Program-made: the position numbers and the translations under genes
Assembly: GCF_009914755.1 (NCBI RefSeq)
Contig: NC_060926.1
Reading direction: 5' to 3' (one strand)
From: the human T2T-CHM13v2.0 reference genome, Homo sapiens
Length of the DNA: 64,000 nucleotides
In this document: positions 1 through 14,600 of the stretch, in pieces
How the letters are laid out: each line of letters starts with the position of its first letter
How positions within the stretch are numbered: position 1 is the first letter of the stretch
Notes under the pieces: generated by a model
What the model saw: only the letters and a program-made list of their open reading frames with translations
Databases searched by the model: none
Told to the model about the DNA's origin: nothing

Positions 1-1672
1 CTAATTCTTAATCTCATAGGCGACTGCAATAACTCCTTAGCTGAGTTTACTTACTCCAAGCCTTGCCCCATTAATACTGCTGCTAATTATTTTCCCTAAA
101 TCAAATGTGTTAACTCAACTAAGTTTTGTATAAACTATTTCCTGTCCTCTACATACCTATATGCTAGAGTCAGTTTCTTAAAACAGCATATAGTACATTT
201 CAGTCTCAGTCCTACTTCTATCTCCACTTTACTTTATCGAACCCATTCCCTAACTATGTTAAACCAACATATTCCTCTTCTGTTAATACTCCATCTCCTC
301 ACCATCTGTTATGGCTCTGTGCCTATGAACAGACTGTCTTAAAGAAGATTGTCTAACATCCTGCTGTCCATCTCTGCTTGGAAAATTATATTTCTCTGTC
401 AGAGTCAAAACAAATATTATTTACATCGTTCCATATCTAGAGATCTTTGTGTCCTTTTCTATGTTCCCAAGTGTTCCAATTTCAAAAGTATGATTCTAAT
501 ATTGAAATTAAAAATCAATAATATAATATTAAATTATACTTAATACATTTATTTATGAAAGGTTTTTTAAGTTGATTATAATTATGTACATTGAAAATTA
601 AATCTTCAAAGGCTAGTTAATAAACATCATTCACAACATATTTTGACTGAAAGGACATATATATCCAGCCATCCAACCATATGCTGCAGAAAGCTCCTCA
701 GCTTTATTTTTCTGTAGGATATCATTTAGAGAATAAAGAATAAAAATTTTGAAATTTTGTTAAATTTGAATTTTACATTTGAAAGGACTGTTAAGATGCA
801 ATTGACTTCAGAATATTTTCTCTACATTTCCCTTACATTTTCTCTACCTCTCCATCACAAAATCCTCAAGTTAATCACATCTGCAAAGTCTCATGTGCCA
901 AATAAAGTTTCAGGTATTAGGATGTGAGCATCTTTGAAGAGAGATTAGTCTTCCAGACACATTTGAGGACAACCATTTTTTGCTGAACCTTATTATAGAT
1001 TCTTCTTATTGGATGGGTAAAATGATAAAGGAATGGTGAAATCCTGAGATTTCCTCTGAGCAGTATATCTCAAAATATGCCCCAGGGTTATTACTAGAAT
1101 GGTAAATTTCTGGCTTTACATAATTCCTGTAAAGTCAGAATTTTGGGGAATGGAGTTTACATATACTAATTTTGGCAGGAATGCACCTCAGTCAGAATGA
1201 AGTTGAGTACCAATGTCTGAGAAGTGAGAGCATATATTCAACAACCAAGTCAAAGCTTTCTCTTTTTTTGGTCATCCAACATATAAAGTGAAAGAATGTA
1301 AGATGATTAATAAATTAAGGCTGGAAGATACATTTCCTTATTTTCAATCCTTTACGACAACATTTATCAAATGTTGATGAATATAAATTCATGGTCAAAA
1401 TTAAGATAATAGAAAAAGCAAATGTTAATTCTTTCAGATCCAAAGAATGCTCATCTATCTAATTACTTTCCAGTTTACATAACCTTTAAGGGACTAGAGT
1501 ACTGCATTTTAACCAAGACAAAAAACCCCATATATGATTATTCCACATTCAAATACATTTCACAATTGAGGGCAAGGTGGCTACATAATAGCATAAACCT
1601 TTATATTTTGATCTGTCTTCAAAACAACAAAATATAAAAACAAAAAATAATAACTAAGAACAGAAAGATGAA

Positions 1673-2046
1673 TGTATTAGTTCATTTTCACACTGCTGTA
1701 AAGAACTACCTAAGACTGGGTAATTTGTAAAGAAAAGAGATTTAATTGACTCACAGTTCCACATGGCTGGGGAGCCCTCAGGAGACTTACAATCATGGCA
1801 GAAGGGGAAGCAGGCACATCTTACATGGTGGCAGGTGAGAGAGAGAAAATAAGATCAGGGAAAACTGCCTTATAAAAATATCTGATCTCATGAGAATTCT
1901 CTCACTATCATGAGAATACCATGTGGGAAACTGCCCCTATGATCCAATCACCCCCCCCACCAGGTTCTTCCTTCAACACATGGGGATTACAATTTGGATT
2001 ACAATCATTGATGATGTTTGGGTAGGGATACAGCCAAACAATATCA
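1673..2046 (-). mobile_element. MaLR solo LTR, THE1D/MSTA-type
   Basis: Begins tgtattagttcattttcacactgctgtaaagaactacc, contains ctcaggagacttacaatcatggcagaagg and ends cagccaaacaatatca. This is the reverse-complement THE1/MST LTR pattern with TG...CA termini. Confidence 0.9.
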
Positions 2047-2984
2047 ATATATATTGGCTCCACAAAATTAAAATCAGTTTTCAATTAATGCTAATGGGAC
2101 TAATTTGGGTGGGACATAGCCAAACCATATCAATAAATATTGACCCCACAAAATTAGAATCGGTTTTTGATTAATGCCAATTTTAAGTTGGTGCAAAATT
2201 AATGCCAGGGGAATTCAATATTTAAAAAAGCTTATTGAAGATCAACTTGATTTTCTTCCTGTGGCTTCTAAGGACTTGACAGATTCCTTTGCAGTTCCCT
2301 AACTTGAACAAGGAAAAGCTAGCCTGACCTGAGAAATAAGTAGCAAGGGAAGGTTGAAGAGACCCTGAGCACAAACAGAACTGGGTTTTGTCCATCTATT
2401 CAGAGGGCCTCACAATTTACTCATAGATTTGAAACCAATGGTGACTGGGGCATAATGGGGAAGAAAGAGGCTCCCCTTTGTTTTCCTCAATGGTACCAAA
2501 GCTTAGCTCATAGTCATTACAGTGGGCTGCATCTCAGAAGTAATAACCTCCTTCTTTCTTTACTCCTGGAGAAAACCTATCTTAAGTTGTACTTAACTAT
2601 AAGTAAAGAATGGGGAGCCCAACTTTCCTCTTTCCAATTAGAGTATATGTTTGTATACTCTAGTAATTTTAGAATAATTTTCTAAAAGTTCATTGCTTCT
2701 ATAAAAGTAGTACAGAAGACAAAAGGGAAATGAACTTACAAAAATAATGAAGGTTAAATGTAAGTGACTGAAAATTTTTAAATATTGGTGGCAGTAAATA
2801 GATTAATTTTCACTAGAGATGTAAACTAGAAGATAAAGTTTTTTGTCTCCAAAATATGTGTAAATATATTAGGTAATACAATGAAACAAAATAAGATCAT
2901 ATTAAGAAAGACGTATGTTCTGAAATGAATAATAATTCCTGAATAAGAGTTTAACAGAGAGGGAAGAAGCATATCAACTTTTAA

Positions 2985-4030
2985 AAATTAAACTGTTTTA
3001 TGGTAAATGTAGACTCACATGAAATTGTAAGATATAATACAAAGAACTGTTTCCTTATCGTAAGATCTTACAAAAATATAATGCAATATCACAACCAGAA
3101 GGTTGATGTTGAGAAAATTCATCCTCCTTCTTTAGCTTTTCATCATTTTACCTGTACGTGTGTGTGTACATATGTATTTAGTTCTATACAATTTTATCAT
3201 GTGTGTAGGTTCATATATCCATGACCACAGTCAAGATATTTAAAGCAGTTCCATAGCCACAAAGGTTCCTCACATTGTCCTTTATAACCAAACTTACCAC
3301 TCTTATCTTTCTACCTCCTCCCAAATAACAATAACCACTGTCAATAACTAATCTATTCATGATTTCTACAATTTTGTCTTTTAAAGATGTAATATAATGA
3401 AAACATATGGTATATAATCTTTTTAAACTGGAGATTTTTACTCAGTATAATTCCCTAGAGAATTATGATTGTTGTGTGAATAAATAGTTCAATCATTTCC
3501 ATCACTGGGTAGTATTCCATGGCAGGGTTATACCATAATTTGTTTAACCACTCACCTATTAGAAGGCATCTAAGTTGTTTCCAGTTTATACATATAATGA
3601 GTAAAGCAGATAAAAACATCATGGATAGTTTCTTGTGAAAACATGTATTTTTATGGAATAAATGTGCAACAGTGCAATTGTTGGATGGTATGGTAATTTA
3701 TGTTTATTTTTATAAGAAACTGCTAAAATGTTTTTCATGCCAGTGGACATGCCAGTGGACATTCCCAGTCACAATGTATGAGTGATCCAGTTTCCCATAT
3801 CCTCACCAACATTCTCCCTTGCAATTTTAATCTGCAGTTCCCAGAGACAAATGATGTCAAATATCTTTTCATGTGCTTTTTGCTATTTACACATCCTCTT
3901 TGGTGAAATGCTTGATTACTTTCTAATTAAATGGCATTCTTTTTTCCTGTTGTGTTTTGAAAATTCTTTATATTTTCTAGAGACTATTGTAATGTTAATC
4001 TTGTGGTTTGTAAACATTTTCTCTGGTCTG
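2985..4030 (-). mobile_element. Old L1M (L1MC/MD-like) 3' region fragment
   Basis: Typical antisense L1 3' motifs: gggtagtattccatgg, tttgtttaaccactcacctatt, gttgtttccagttt, atatcctcaccaaca, ttcatgtgctttttgctattt. Confidence 0.75.
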
Positions 4031-4049
4031 TAGTGTTTCCCAGAATGTA

Positions 4050-7000
4050 TTATTGCCATTTTACTTATTTTTCAAATGTCATAACTATTTTGTTTCTTAT
4101 TTTCTGCCTTCCTTCCTTTGTGTTTAGTTGACTTTTTAGTGACATTTTTTGATTATCTGCTTATTTCTTTTTGTATATATTTCACAAGTGTTTTCTTTGT
4201 GGTTATCTTGAACAGTACATGTAACATCCTAATATCCCAGATCTAACAATCTATTTTTAATTAGTGCTAACTTAAATTCAATTGCATACAAAAACTGCAG
4301 TCTTTAACAGTTCTGCCCTCCTCTCACTTTTTGTTTCTAATTTAACAAATTGCATCATTATATATTGTGTACTCATTAAAATAGACATACAATTACTTTA
4401 AAATGTATCTTTAAAATCTTATAGAAAATAAAAAGTGGAGTTACAAACAAAAATTAAAACAATACTAATTATTTATGACTGTCCTTTTATATACCTTTAC
4501 TAAAGAACTTTATATTTTTATATGGCTTTGACTTACTGTATAGCATTCTTTCATTTCAACGTGTAGTACTATCGTTAGGCTTTCTTGTACAGCAGGTCTA
4601 GGTGGTAATGAATACCCTCAGCTTTTGTTTATTTTTGAAGTATTGTTTTACTAAACATTGAATATCAGGTAACATGTTTCTTTTTTCTTTTAACACTTTA
4701 AATATATCATCCCACTTCAAAGGTTTCTTCTGATAAATCCACTTATATTCATATTGAGGCTCACTCACACATGACAAGTTACTTTCCCTTGCTATTTTCA
4801 AGATTTTCTCTTTGTCTTTGATTTTTAACAGTTGATTATAATGTGTCTCAGTGTGGGTCTCTTTGAGCATTATCCTACTTGGAGTTCATTGACTTTTTGC
4901 ATTTGTATATCCATAACTTTTCTCAAATTTGGAAAGTTTTTGTATAGTATTATTATTTCAAAGAAACCCTCTGTCTCATTCTATTTTTCTTTTCCTTCTT
5001 GGAAATCCATAATGTGTATATTTGTTCATTAGCTGGTACATCATAAGTTCCTTAGACTCTTTTCACTTTCCTTCCTTCTTTTTGTTGTGTTTGTTCCTCA
5101 GACTCAATAATGTCAAATAACTTGTCTTTAAGTTCACTTATTATTTCTTCTGCCTGTTTGAGTCTGCTCTTGAACTCCTTCAATGTGTTTTGCTTCAGTT
5201 ATTGTATCTTTTAGCTCCAAAATTTCTATTTTGTTCTTGCTTATAACTTTTATTTCTTTATTGATAGTATCCTTTTTTATATATTATTTTATTTATTTCT
5301 TTGTTAGTGTTTTCCTATAGTGTTTGAGCACATGTAGGCCCATAGTTTTAAAGTCTTTGTCTCTTAACTCCTGTCTGTATTTTTTCAGGAATGGATTCTG
5401 GAGATTTAGTTTGTTCTTTTGAATGAGCCATGATTGTATGTTTCTTTGCATTCCCTCTGATCTTTTGTTTAAAAAAAAATGGGTGTCTGGAAAAAACAGG
5501 CTTTTCCCCCAATCTTTGAAGACTGGTGGGACAGACCTTCACTAATTAATAGGGCATGTTCTCAACCTAGGAATAAGCCCAGGATGAAGGCTCACGGTCT
5601 CCTCCAGTCTTTTCTAGCGATGCATACTCTCTATGCCTATGCACATTTCTCTGTTTCCCACATACATGTGGATGCTTTTAAATGTCTTCAGATCCAAAAG
5701 AGTCTCACTGCAGCTTCTTCTCGGGGTTGTAGATGATCAATTGCATTTCTCTACCAACTCTCTCATTCTTCTGCAGATTCCATGCACTGCCACACCCACC
5801 ACTGTCTTTCATGGTCTTGCTCGGTCTGAGATCCATGCTATGCCAAGCTACGCTGCCTTTCATCGTGTGAGCCCCAGTTAGGGAAAATAGAAACCAATCC
5901 CTCAGGCATCCCACAGACAGGTTAGAACACTGCAGTTAACTTTTGTCCTGCTCTTCTAGACTGAAGGAGAAAAGCATGAGTTGGGCTACATTGTTTTTTG
6001 TTTTTGATAATGCCATGTTGCATAGGGGAGAAGGCCTGGCAAGTATGAGTAAAAATGCCATAAAATAGATAAATCGGTGAACATTTTGAATGTGTATGGG
6101 GTTTTTTATGGGCATTTGATTGGTTACTATAATTTTTTACTTATTTTGGGGCTCCTATGAAGTTATTTTATTCCAACTCTAGATGTTACATTAACGTTTT
6201 TGTGCAAAAATGAGGACTTAGAGTTCCTTGTTCATCTCTTGCTAACATCACCTGCTGGGATAATTATCCAGGAAGCTTTTGAGATTTGTTCTGACCCCAG
6301 GAAGTGCTTCCTTATCTATCTCTTTACCTGATTATCTTAGGTAAATGAGGTGACCTATGATTTAGCTTATTGTATTAATGGGGCTAGAGCCTCATAATCA
6401 TTTTCCACAAAGTATGCATTATTTTAAAATGTATCTTTATGTTGTAAATTTCCCACACTCTGTTTCCTGATGAAGTCAGCCATAGGGGAGAGCATTAGAG
6501 CTCTGTTTATGTGAATGTCCTCTCCCTCTGCAAAAAATTCTTTGATTCCCTTTTTCAGAGCTAGATTTATGAGCTCGATTCAGATTCTGCTTTATGAGCT
6601 GGATTTTGCCACCTTTCTCATACTTTGGAAACTGTATCATACAAGTGATCAGAGCCTCAATATTCTCAACCTGCTGTACCTAGAGTAGAGCTTTCACCCT
6701 AAAATTGAGGCTTGTGGGATGAAGTGGCACCCTGATCTAGGTCACACTTGACAGGAATTTAGCCTCTGATTCTTGGAGCAGGATGAGTTGAGAAACCCTG
6801 GTAGCTTGGCCCTCCTGGTGAAATACCATAACTCTTGTCTAGTGACTGCAAAAAGAAGGAGCCCTATCTTTTTGGCAACAACCACCCACAGTGAAGCCTC
6901 TCTCAAAAATACGTAGGGAGTGGGGAAGAAGTAGGTCATGGCTCAGGTGCTATAGAATCTCCCCATTATTGCCTAGATTTAGTGAATTTTCTTGAATAAA

Positions 7001-7075
7001 TACCGCTTTACTTTTTTTAATTCCCTTGGGACAATTTCCAGAGATTATGATTTTTTAATAGCTTCCCCACTTGTG
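4050..7075 (-). mobile_element. Old L1M ORF1 and 5' region, degenerate
   Basis: The minus ORF 4598..4870 (LLKIKDKEKILKIARE...KWDDIFKVLKEK) resembles the L1 ORF1p RRM/CTD. Flanks carry ttgattataatgtgtct and tttctcaaatttggaaagttt, typical of antisense L1 ORF1. The 5'UTR-like portion is less certain. Confidence 0.7.
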
Positions 7076-7076
7076 G

Positions 7077-7527
7077 TTGTATATTCGTTTTGAAAAGCTT
7101 CCCTAACAAATTACCACAAACTGGGAGGTAAAAAACAAAATAAATATATTCTCTCATAGTTTTGGAGGCTAGAAGTCTGGAATCAAGGTGTTGGAATGGC
7201 TGTGCTCCTTCTGAAGTCTTCCCTCCCAGGAGAATCCTTCTTTTCCTCTTCCAGCTTCTGAGGGCTCTTGAAATTCTTTGGCTCATGGCAGCATGGATCC
7301 AATCTACACCTCTGTCCTTGCACAGCCATCTTTTCTGTGTTTGTGTGTGTGTCCTTTCCTCTTCTTTGACATCACAGTCATTGGAGTTAGGACTCACCCT
7401 AACTGCAATGATCTCATCTTAAATCCTTAACTTGATTATATCTGCAAAGATTCTACTTTGAAGTAAAGTCACATTCTGAGGTTCTGAGTAGATGTGAACT
7501 TTGCGAAGCCACTTTTCAATCCTCTCC
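7077..7527 (-). mobile_element. MLT1 (MaLR) LTR, MLT1C/D-like
   Basis: taacaaattaccacaaactggg ... tctcatagttttggaggctagaagtctggaatcaaggtgttgg ... tctgcaaagattcta ... gtcacattctgaggttctg. Confidence 0.8.
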
Positions 7528-7775
7528 AGGTTGTTTTACTGGGAAGCAGGTCTGTGGAGCACCTCAGGCTGCCATTCTGGAAGTGAGATTATACTTATTC
7601 CAAAAAAGAATATTACTTGGCTGTCTTGTTTCCTAGAAATATTCATACCCTGATCAATCTTCCAATTATATCATAATCATCTAAGATAAAATAGCAAATA
7701 TTACATGCCAACATATTCTATTTTTATTATTTGAATTTTTTGGAATGACTTTTTTTTTTATTTTAAACTATTTGA

Positions 7776-8160
<385 letters not shown>

Positions 8161-8804
8161 TAGCAGAATACTTTTGAGAGAGGAAAAAATAGAATTATAA
8201 CTTGAATAGTTCCACATCCAAAGTGTAGGCACTGATTGACTTGAACAGTTAACCAAAATATAATAATGTCATCCTTTACGTTAGCACAGTAAGTCTCATT
8301 GCAGAGAGTTTCCCTGCATGCTGACCTTAGGAATTTGGATTCGCCAGTAATATATTTTACTAGCACTCGAGACAAAAACTAACCCTAACCTCTAAATCCT
8401 ATGGATAGAAAGATACCTACCATGATGCATATAAAATATTAAATACCACTGTTCCATCCCAAATCAAACAATTTTAAATATAATTTATGTGAAAAACAGA
8501 ACAATGTGTGAGTGGATTAAAATAAACACCAAACTGTGTCTACGCTTCTAAGCAGCACTGCAAAAGCAGAATTTATTTTAACATATTTGATAAGCTTTAA
8601 AATATGAAAATTTATACTATCTATACATCTACAAAGTAATGAAATATAATGATTTCCTACAGGTGTAGACTGATGGATTGATGGAAGTTAAGTTTTTGAG
8701 AGATGATTCAGAAAGGGCAGGCAGGAGCCAAGTTATACAGGGCCTCGAATTGCAGGCTAAGGAGTTTACACTTGGAAATTTTAAGAAGAAAAAATTATAA
8801 TCCA

Positions 8805-9290
8805 GGAAAGTATTATTCAGTCTTTGAAAAAGAGATTCTGTTATTTGCCACAATATGGATATATCTGGAGGATATTATGGTAAGTGAAATAAGCCAGAGA
8901 AAGAAAAATATTAAAATGTTACATGATCTCACTTATGTGTGCAATATTTATTAAAAAGCATAAATACAGAGAGATGGAGATTGAAACTGATTACTGTGGA
9001 TGAAGTGGGTAGGAAATGGATAGACATAGGTCAAAGGATACAAAATAGCAGATACGATAAACAAGTTTAGAGATCTAATGTACAATATGAGGATTAAAGT
9101 TAATTAAGTTGTATTTATTAGGAATTTTTGTTAAATAAGCAGATTTTAGTTGATTTTGCCACAAAAAGGTATGTGAGATGATACATATATTAGTCTGCTT
9201 TAATATAGTAATGACTTTACTATGTCTATGTGTCCCATAACACCATATTGTAAACCTCTAATACAATTTATTTTATAAAAAGAAAAAAAT
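8805..9290 (+). mobile_element. L1MA/L1MB 3' end fragment
   Basis: ctggaggatattatggtaagtgaaataagccag, ggtcaaaggatacaaaatagcagata, agagatctaatgtacaatatgagga, then an A-rich tail. Confidence 0.8.
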
Positions 9291-10704
9291 TATAGCAGTA
9301 AGAATGTATTCTGCTTTGTTTCCATTAGAGCTTCTGAAATTTCTTTTCTTTTCTTTTTTTTTTTACTTCACACACACAAATTCTCTTTAGTTGAAATTTT
9401 ACATGAGACCTCTGTATAATAGACAAAATTAAAACACTCTGATTAAAGTAGAAACAGGGCTTAAGGTCCTGTGTCTTTGGACTTCTCTTGGTTACCCTGC
9501 CCCACCAGATGCTGAAATTTCTCCAGGGAAACATTACTTTCTCAAGATGCAGAAACACCTTGTTCACATCATAAGCCATCCTGGAATCTGGGAGCCCAAA
9601 CAAGGCTTCTCAATTACTATTTTGCTTTCTTGGTTTTGTTTTCATGAGAAAGATTTTAAAATATAGTCAGTTTTTTGATCTCAGAAATAAACGATGAAAA
9701 AGCAATTTCCTTAGCATTTCTTTCATTCAGCTTATGTCAGATATACTGGGAGTGATTGGGGAGAAATTGTGTTCTCCCTATAATTGGGTTCTCTTTCTCA
9801 CATGTTCTTCTAGGTCCTTCTCCTGGCTTATATCATGGCACTTATGACACGACTATGCAATTTTTGGAGACTTATCTGACATCCAGTTAAGCTATAAGCT
9901 TCTTAAGAGAAGGAACTGTGCATCCTTTTTATTTGTCTAGCACTTTGTGCAGTGATTGATATGGACAAAAATTTAATGTACATTTTAATACATAAATAAC
10001 ATTAGTAAGATATGCACTTTGAGTTCTGAGTTTTTCCATGCACTAGTAGATTTCCTTTAAATCTCTGATACCTGGGAGACACTTCATTATTTACTGAAAA
10101 TATTCTTTCTCTGAAGATGTATCAAAGGCCACAAGATCATTTTATAATGCTTTTGGGACAGGAGCTGTAGCACCTGGGGCAAGACCAGTACAAGCTGGCA
10201 GAGCAGCAAAATCCATTAGAGCTCTTCTGAGACCTGTGTCTCTAAGTTTGTATTTGATATCTAGAGAATTATTAGCTTTGCTTGGCCCTTGCCCTTCATG
10301 ACTTGGGTTCCTCTTTGAAATGATTACAGGGTCTCCCCATGAAATTCACCATTAATGAATACATTGGCAGCCAAGAAATGCCCTCTGGACAACAGATTAG
10401 TTAAATTCTAATATCACTTTACCCTTATTGATTTAACTATTGTAAATTTTATGCCAAATTTTAAATCAGTGCAAGGCAGCCAGATGGTTGCCTAGAACAC
10501 CAACTCATGGACACTTAATCATCTGGAAATATAAGATGATGGGTAAAATGTTGTCTTTTACTAGAACTTCTCTTAAGAAGTTCAGTTTGAAAAAGTATGC
10601 AGGGTTAGTAATTGCTCAGACTCTTACAAATGAGCATCAAGTAAGACCGTCTAAAGTTGTGCAAAATTATGAGCCTGTCGTGGCCTCACCTGCTTTCATA
10701 GTGT

Positions 10705-11016
10705 TGAGCCAGTCAAGTACAAAGGGGGAAGGTCTCCAGAGAATCTCCATCCCGCCTGCGCACTGGGAGAATGGGGTGGAGCCACAGAAGTTTGCATTTG
10801 CCAGGGGAGAAGCCTGGCCTCTCCTGTTCCTGGGTGGTAACCGGGTATTAAATCTGTGAGGCGGGACACCTGCTAGCAGGACTCTTACTTTGCTGAGAGT
10901 CCCTGTTTCCCTTTTTAATCCTTTTCACCCAATATATCCTACCCCTAATCCTTCAAAGTGTCTGCTAGCCTAATCTTTCCTGGTCGTGTAACAAGAACCC
11001 TGATCTTCCTACAACA
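10705..11016 (+). mobile_element. ERV1-class solo LTR (LTR19-like, tentative)
   Basis: A GC-richer island with TG...CA termini (tgagccagtc...cctacaaca). It contains gcctgcgcactgggagaatggggtggagccac and ttcacccaata...cttcaaagtgtctg...ctttcctggtcgtgtaacaagaaccc. Confidence 0.75.
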
Positions 11017-11474
11017 ACGTCTTCGTCAAAGTATGTCACTTTTGAGAGAACAAGAAATGAATGTGTTGTATAATAGTAAACATAACAAGCATTCAGTTAA
11101 TGTTTGTTAACCAAGCATTTATTTAGCACCTACTGTTTGTCTGACATGGAGATCCTTCTTTCATGCTTCTTACATTCTGGGTAACAAAAGTAACAAACAT
11201 GAAAACGTCAGATAAAAAGAAATGTAAACAAAACTCCATCAGTCATGTCTTAACTGTGTAAAAGATGTAATAATTAAGAAAGCAATTCAGGATAGGGAGA
11301 TACCACTTTAGCCAAATTTAGCTTAAGTTGAAAATAAAATATCAAGAAAATGTATTTTAACTGAGATTTTTTTAAATGGAAAAGATCTTAGTAACATCTT
11401 AGATATGGAATTCTTTAATTGAAAAGAGCATGAACATTAAATTTATGCCACCACTCCCCCATAGAACAAATAGC

Positions 11475-11610
11475 ATAATAATATAAAATAGTATAGTATA
11501 GTATAAAATAGTAGAAATATATACTATTTTATGTATAAATATAATAGTATAATATTTTATATATAAATATAATAGTGTAATATATTATAGTATAAAATAG
11601 TATAAAATAA
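11475..11610. repeat. AT-rich low-complexity (tagta/tataa)n
   Basis: Directly visible tagtatagtatagtataaaatagt runs. Confidence 0.8.
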
Positions 11611-14600
11611 TTGTTTGGAGTTGGGCTAACTGCAAGGATGATGAGGCAATGAAGGCACTTAAGAATGTTATAACTTGCAGTATATGACATGCAGTATATG
11701 ACATGCAGTATAAGAATGCAGTATATGACAGACATATACTGCAGGAAAAAATGTATGCAGTTTCAGAAATTCATAACACAGCTTACAGGAATGACAAGAC
11801 CATGGGTTAGAAATACAGAGGTATGCCCCCTGAAATTAATAGCAACTTTGATATTTATGAACTAAACAATAGAAAGCACCTGTCCAACTCAGAACCCTAA
11901 AAATTATATGATAAGTTATTTTGTTTCACATATTTTAATAGAAAATAAAAACACTTAAGATTATAGAAATTTTGCCAAAATGCCAAGATAATTTTATAAA
12001 TTTCTTAAAAATCTAGAATAAAAATAATAATTGCCTAGCTATTCCAATGTATACCTGAGCAAAATGTGCCACAATATTCTCCTTCTAATTTTTACTGATC
12101 TTTATCTCCTTTGATTTCAAGACACCAGAAAGCACAGGGCACATATATATTGTATTTGAAAGGGATATATTTTGCTTAGTATATGATATTCCTTGGTGCA
12201 TTCAAGGAAGACATAAAATACAGTTCTGTAAGTTTCTCTGTGCTCTCCCAGCATGCTCTGAAGGTCCAGTCACAAATGTTCCTAGTATTTATTTTTGAAA
12301 AAAATCTTTATTTCATTTTATTTGGCAAGTGAAATTTCTTTTGAGTAGTTACATGATATCAAAATATTTCTGTTCAACATGAGCATTTAAGCCAGTGCAC
12401 CATTATGTCAGATTCTAGGTTTAATCTCTAAGCGATTTTATTCCCCATATTGTCATTTCCTAAAGCATTTTGAAATAATACTGCTGTGATACTACACATT
12501 GTGAATAAAAATCTATAATCCTGGTTGGAACTCCAGTTCATTCTAAAGGCAATTCAGCCTCATTTCTTTTACCTTGTTATTTGCTAAGAGTTAAATTTTT
12601 ACATTGATAAATTGAGATGCTCTAGAAATAACTGAAGTAATGGAAACCACTTAAATGTTATGAATTCAACAAAATTTATGTTTTCTCAGCCTGCTTTTCA
12701 ATGTTAATATTTCAACATTTTGCAATTTTTAAAATTATTAAATAAAGTTAAATAAAAATATTTTAGGGTGCAAGTTTTTATAGATCATCATGTTAATAAA
12801 AGATTGGAGAGTTTGGATCAATAAGCTAGAGGAAATAGCCCCAGAATTCCAGGTCCTCTTCTCTTCATTCCAATACTGTAATGTTCAAACCTTAGTGCAC
12901 ATTGTGAAGGAATTAAGAGATGTGTTTGTTAAAATCACAGAATTATAGGTACCACTCTCAAATATTCTTATTTAGTAGGTCAAAGATGAACCAAGGAGCT
13001 GGATTTAATCAGTTTCTCAAGTGATTCTGATGCAAGAGACTGCTTTGATTACTCTCCCATCAAGACTTCCTCTTCTATAATCTGTGATACTTGGAAAAAT
13101 TTTACTTGTTTTCTGACCTCACGTGTTTTTATTTACTATAATTGACCATGAACCAATTCAGAGGTTATTATAAATTTTGAACACTGAATATTCTTCAGAA
13201 AAACAAAACAAAACAATTTTCAAAATAAAATGAGTCTAAAATACTTTCCCATGACTGCAATTATGATAGTTTCTCTTGCTGTAAAAACAAATATGGGGCT
13301 TGCTAATAAATAATTATGGTGCATCTTGTATGTTAGGCCAACATATTACGTAGATCTCTACAATATTGTTAATAAATCAGAATTTGGCCACATTTCAACC
13401 CTGTGAGATCAACGTCAGTTTCTGAATCATGCTGTCACTTTTCCCAATTTAAATTAAGCAAGTGGTTTGTATGAATGTGCTGGACTTGTGAGAATTATAG
13501 CCCTTCATGAGAAATGAATACAACCTTCTATAGTTTCATATTTATGTTTCTAGTCTCCCAATAGAGGCATAATTTAAAGAAGCAACCTTACCTCCCTAAT
13601 GCACAGCAATAAGCAAGAAATTCATTTATTGGTTAAAAAAAAAAAAGAGTGCTCACAGCTCTGTCCATATCTGGGCTTAGGTATTGTTTACCTTACGTTT
13701 ATCAAGTTGTTTATTTCTAGTCATTCCTGCCTTATTGGCCCAGTTCAAATGAATGTACAAATGCCTCGGTCTCCTGCTTAGGATGTCAATGCCTCATTGG
13801 AGCCCACACTCATTTACCAGTAATGTAAGATTCATTGTTGCTCTTGCCAGCCCTATTCTAAGATACCCTCTTTCTCCTATCCTTCAGATACTGATAGAGG
13901 TTTGATTCCTGTGAACTGATTTTCTGTATCAAAGACGCTACTTCCTAACCTCAGTTCTGTTGTCCCACAGGATGGTAGTACAATGCTTACAGTCTCTCAT
14001 AATCTGGTTTTGAAAAGTCCTGGGTGGTAGAGAGAATGATATTATGCTTTTTAATGGGTTCATATAGTGCAGACATTCTCATTAAGTATCAATTCATATG
14101 GTTTACAGTTCTGCGAAGCTGGGAATACTGCCATATCCCTTTGTGTGGTTAGGGAACTCACAGATGTATTTATGCCAAAATTCACAGCCACTCTGAGTCA
14201 ACATTTTATTGCCTGCACTTAGGGGAGGCTCTGGCAAAGGCAGACATGTCATAAATGTGTGAAAAGTAAATTAAATATTCAATTATGTCTAGAATCTATT
14301 ATTATAGAGTACATAGGAAAAGTGATGCATTGTAAGGTTCAGGAGCATTGAAAATATACAAAAAATCGGATTCTAGAGATAGTGTCTTTGGCAAATATCT
14401 GTAGCACTTGAGATTCAAGCATTGAATTTTCTAAGTGCAACAGAAGTATGATATGGGATCTGAAAGGTAAACTGGTATAGTAAATTGACAGATTTCTCTC
14501 ATAGTACACCGGAAAACTAAATAGCTTACTCAGTTCTATTAAGAACTCCCCAGTGGTAAATAAAATATATCATTCCCTTGGCCATCAAAATAGTTCTCAT

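Noticed and set aside
2183-2205. ttaagttggtgcaaaattaatgc resembles an Hsmar1/MADE1 ITR
   Set aside because: It is short, has mismatches in the binding core and no partner ITR, and it overlaps the local ttaatgcca repeat. It may be chance.
10488-10859. 123-aa ORF
   Set aside because: It has a non-ATG start, runs into an LTR, and shows no recognisable domain or splice structure.
11676-11743. Short repeats considered as a CRISPR-like array
   Set aside because: There are no unique spacers and no cas genes, and the context is eukaryotic.
13955-14030. ttgtcccacag|gatgg, a possible splice acceptor
   Set aside because: The polypyrimidine tract is weak, there is no convincing donor, and the peptide is unrecognisable. 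Such motifs are frequent by chance.
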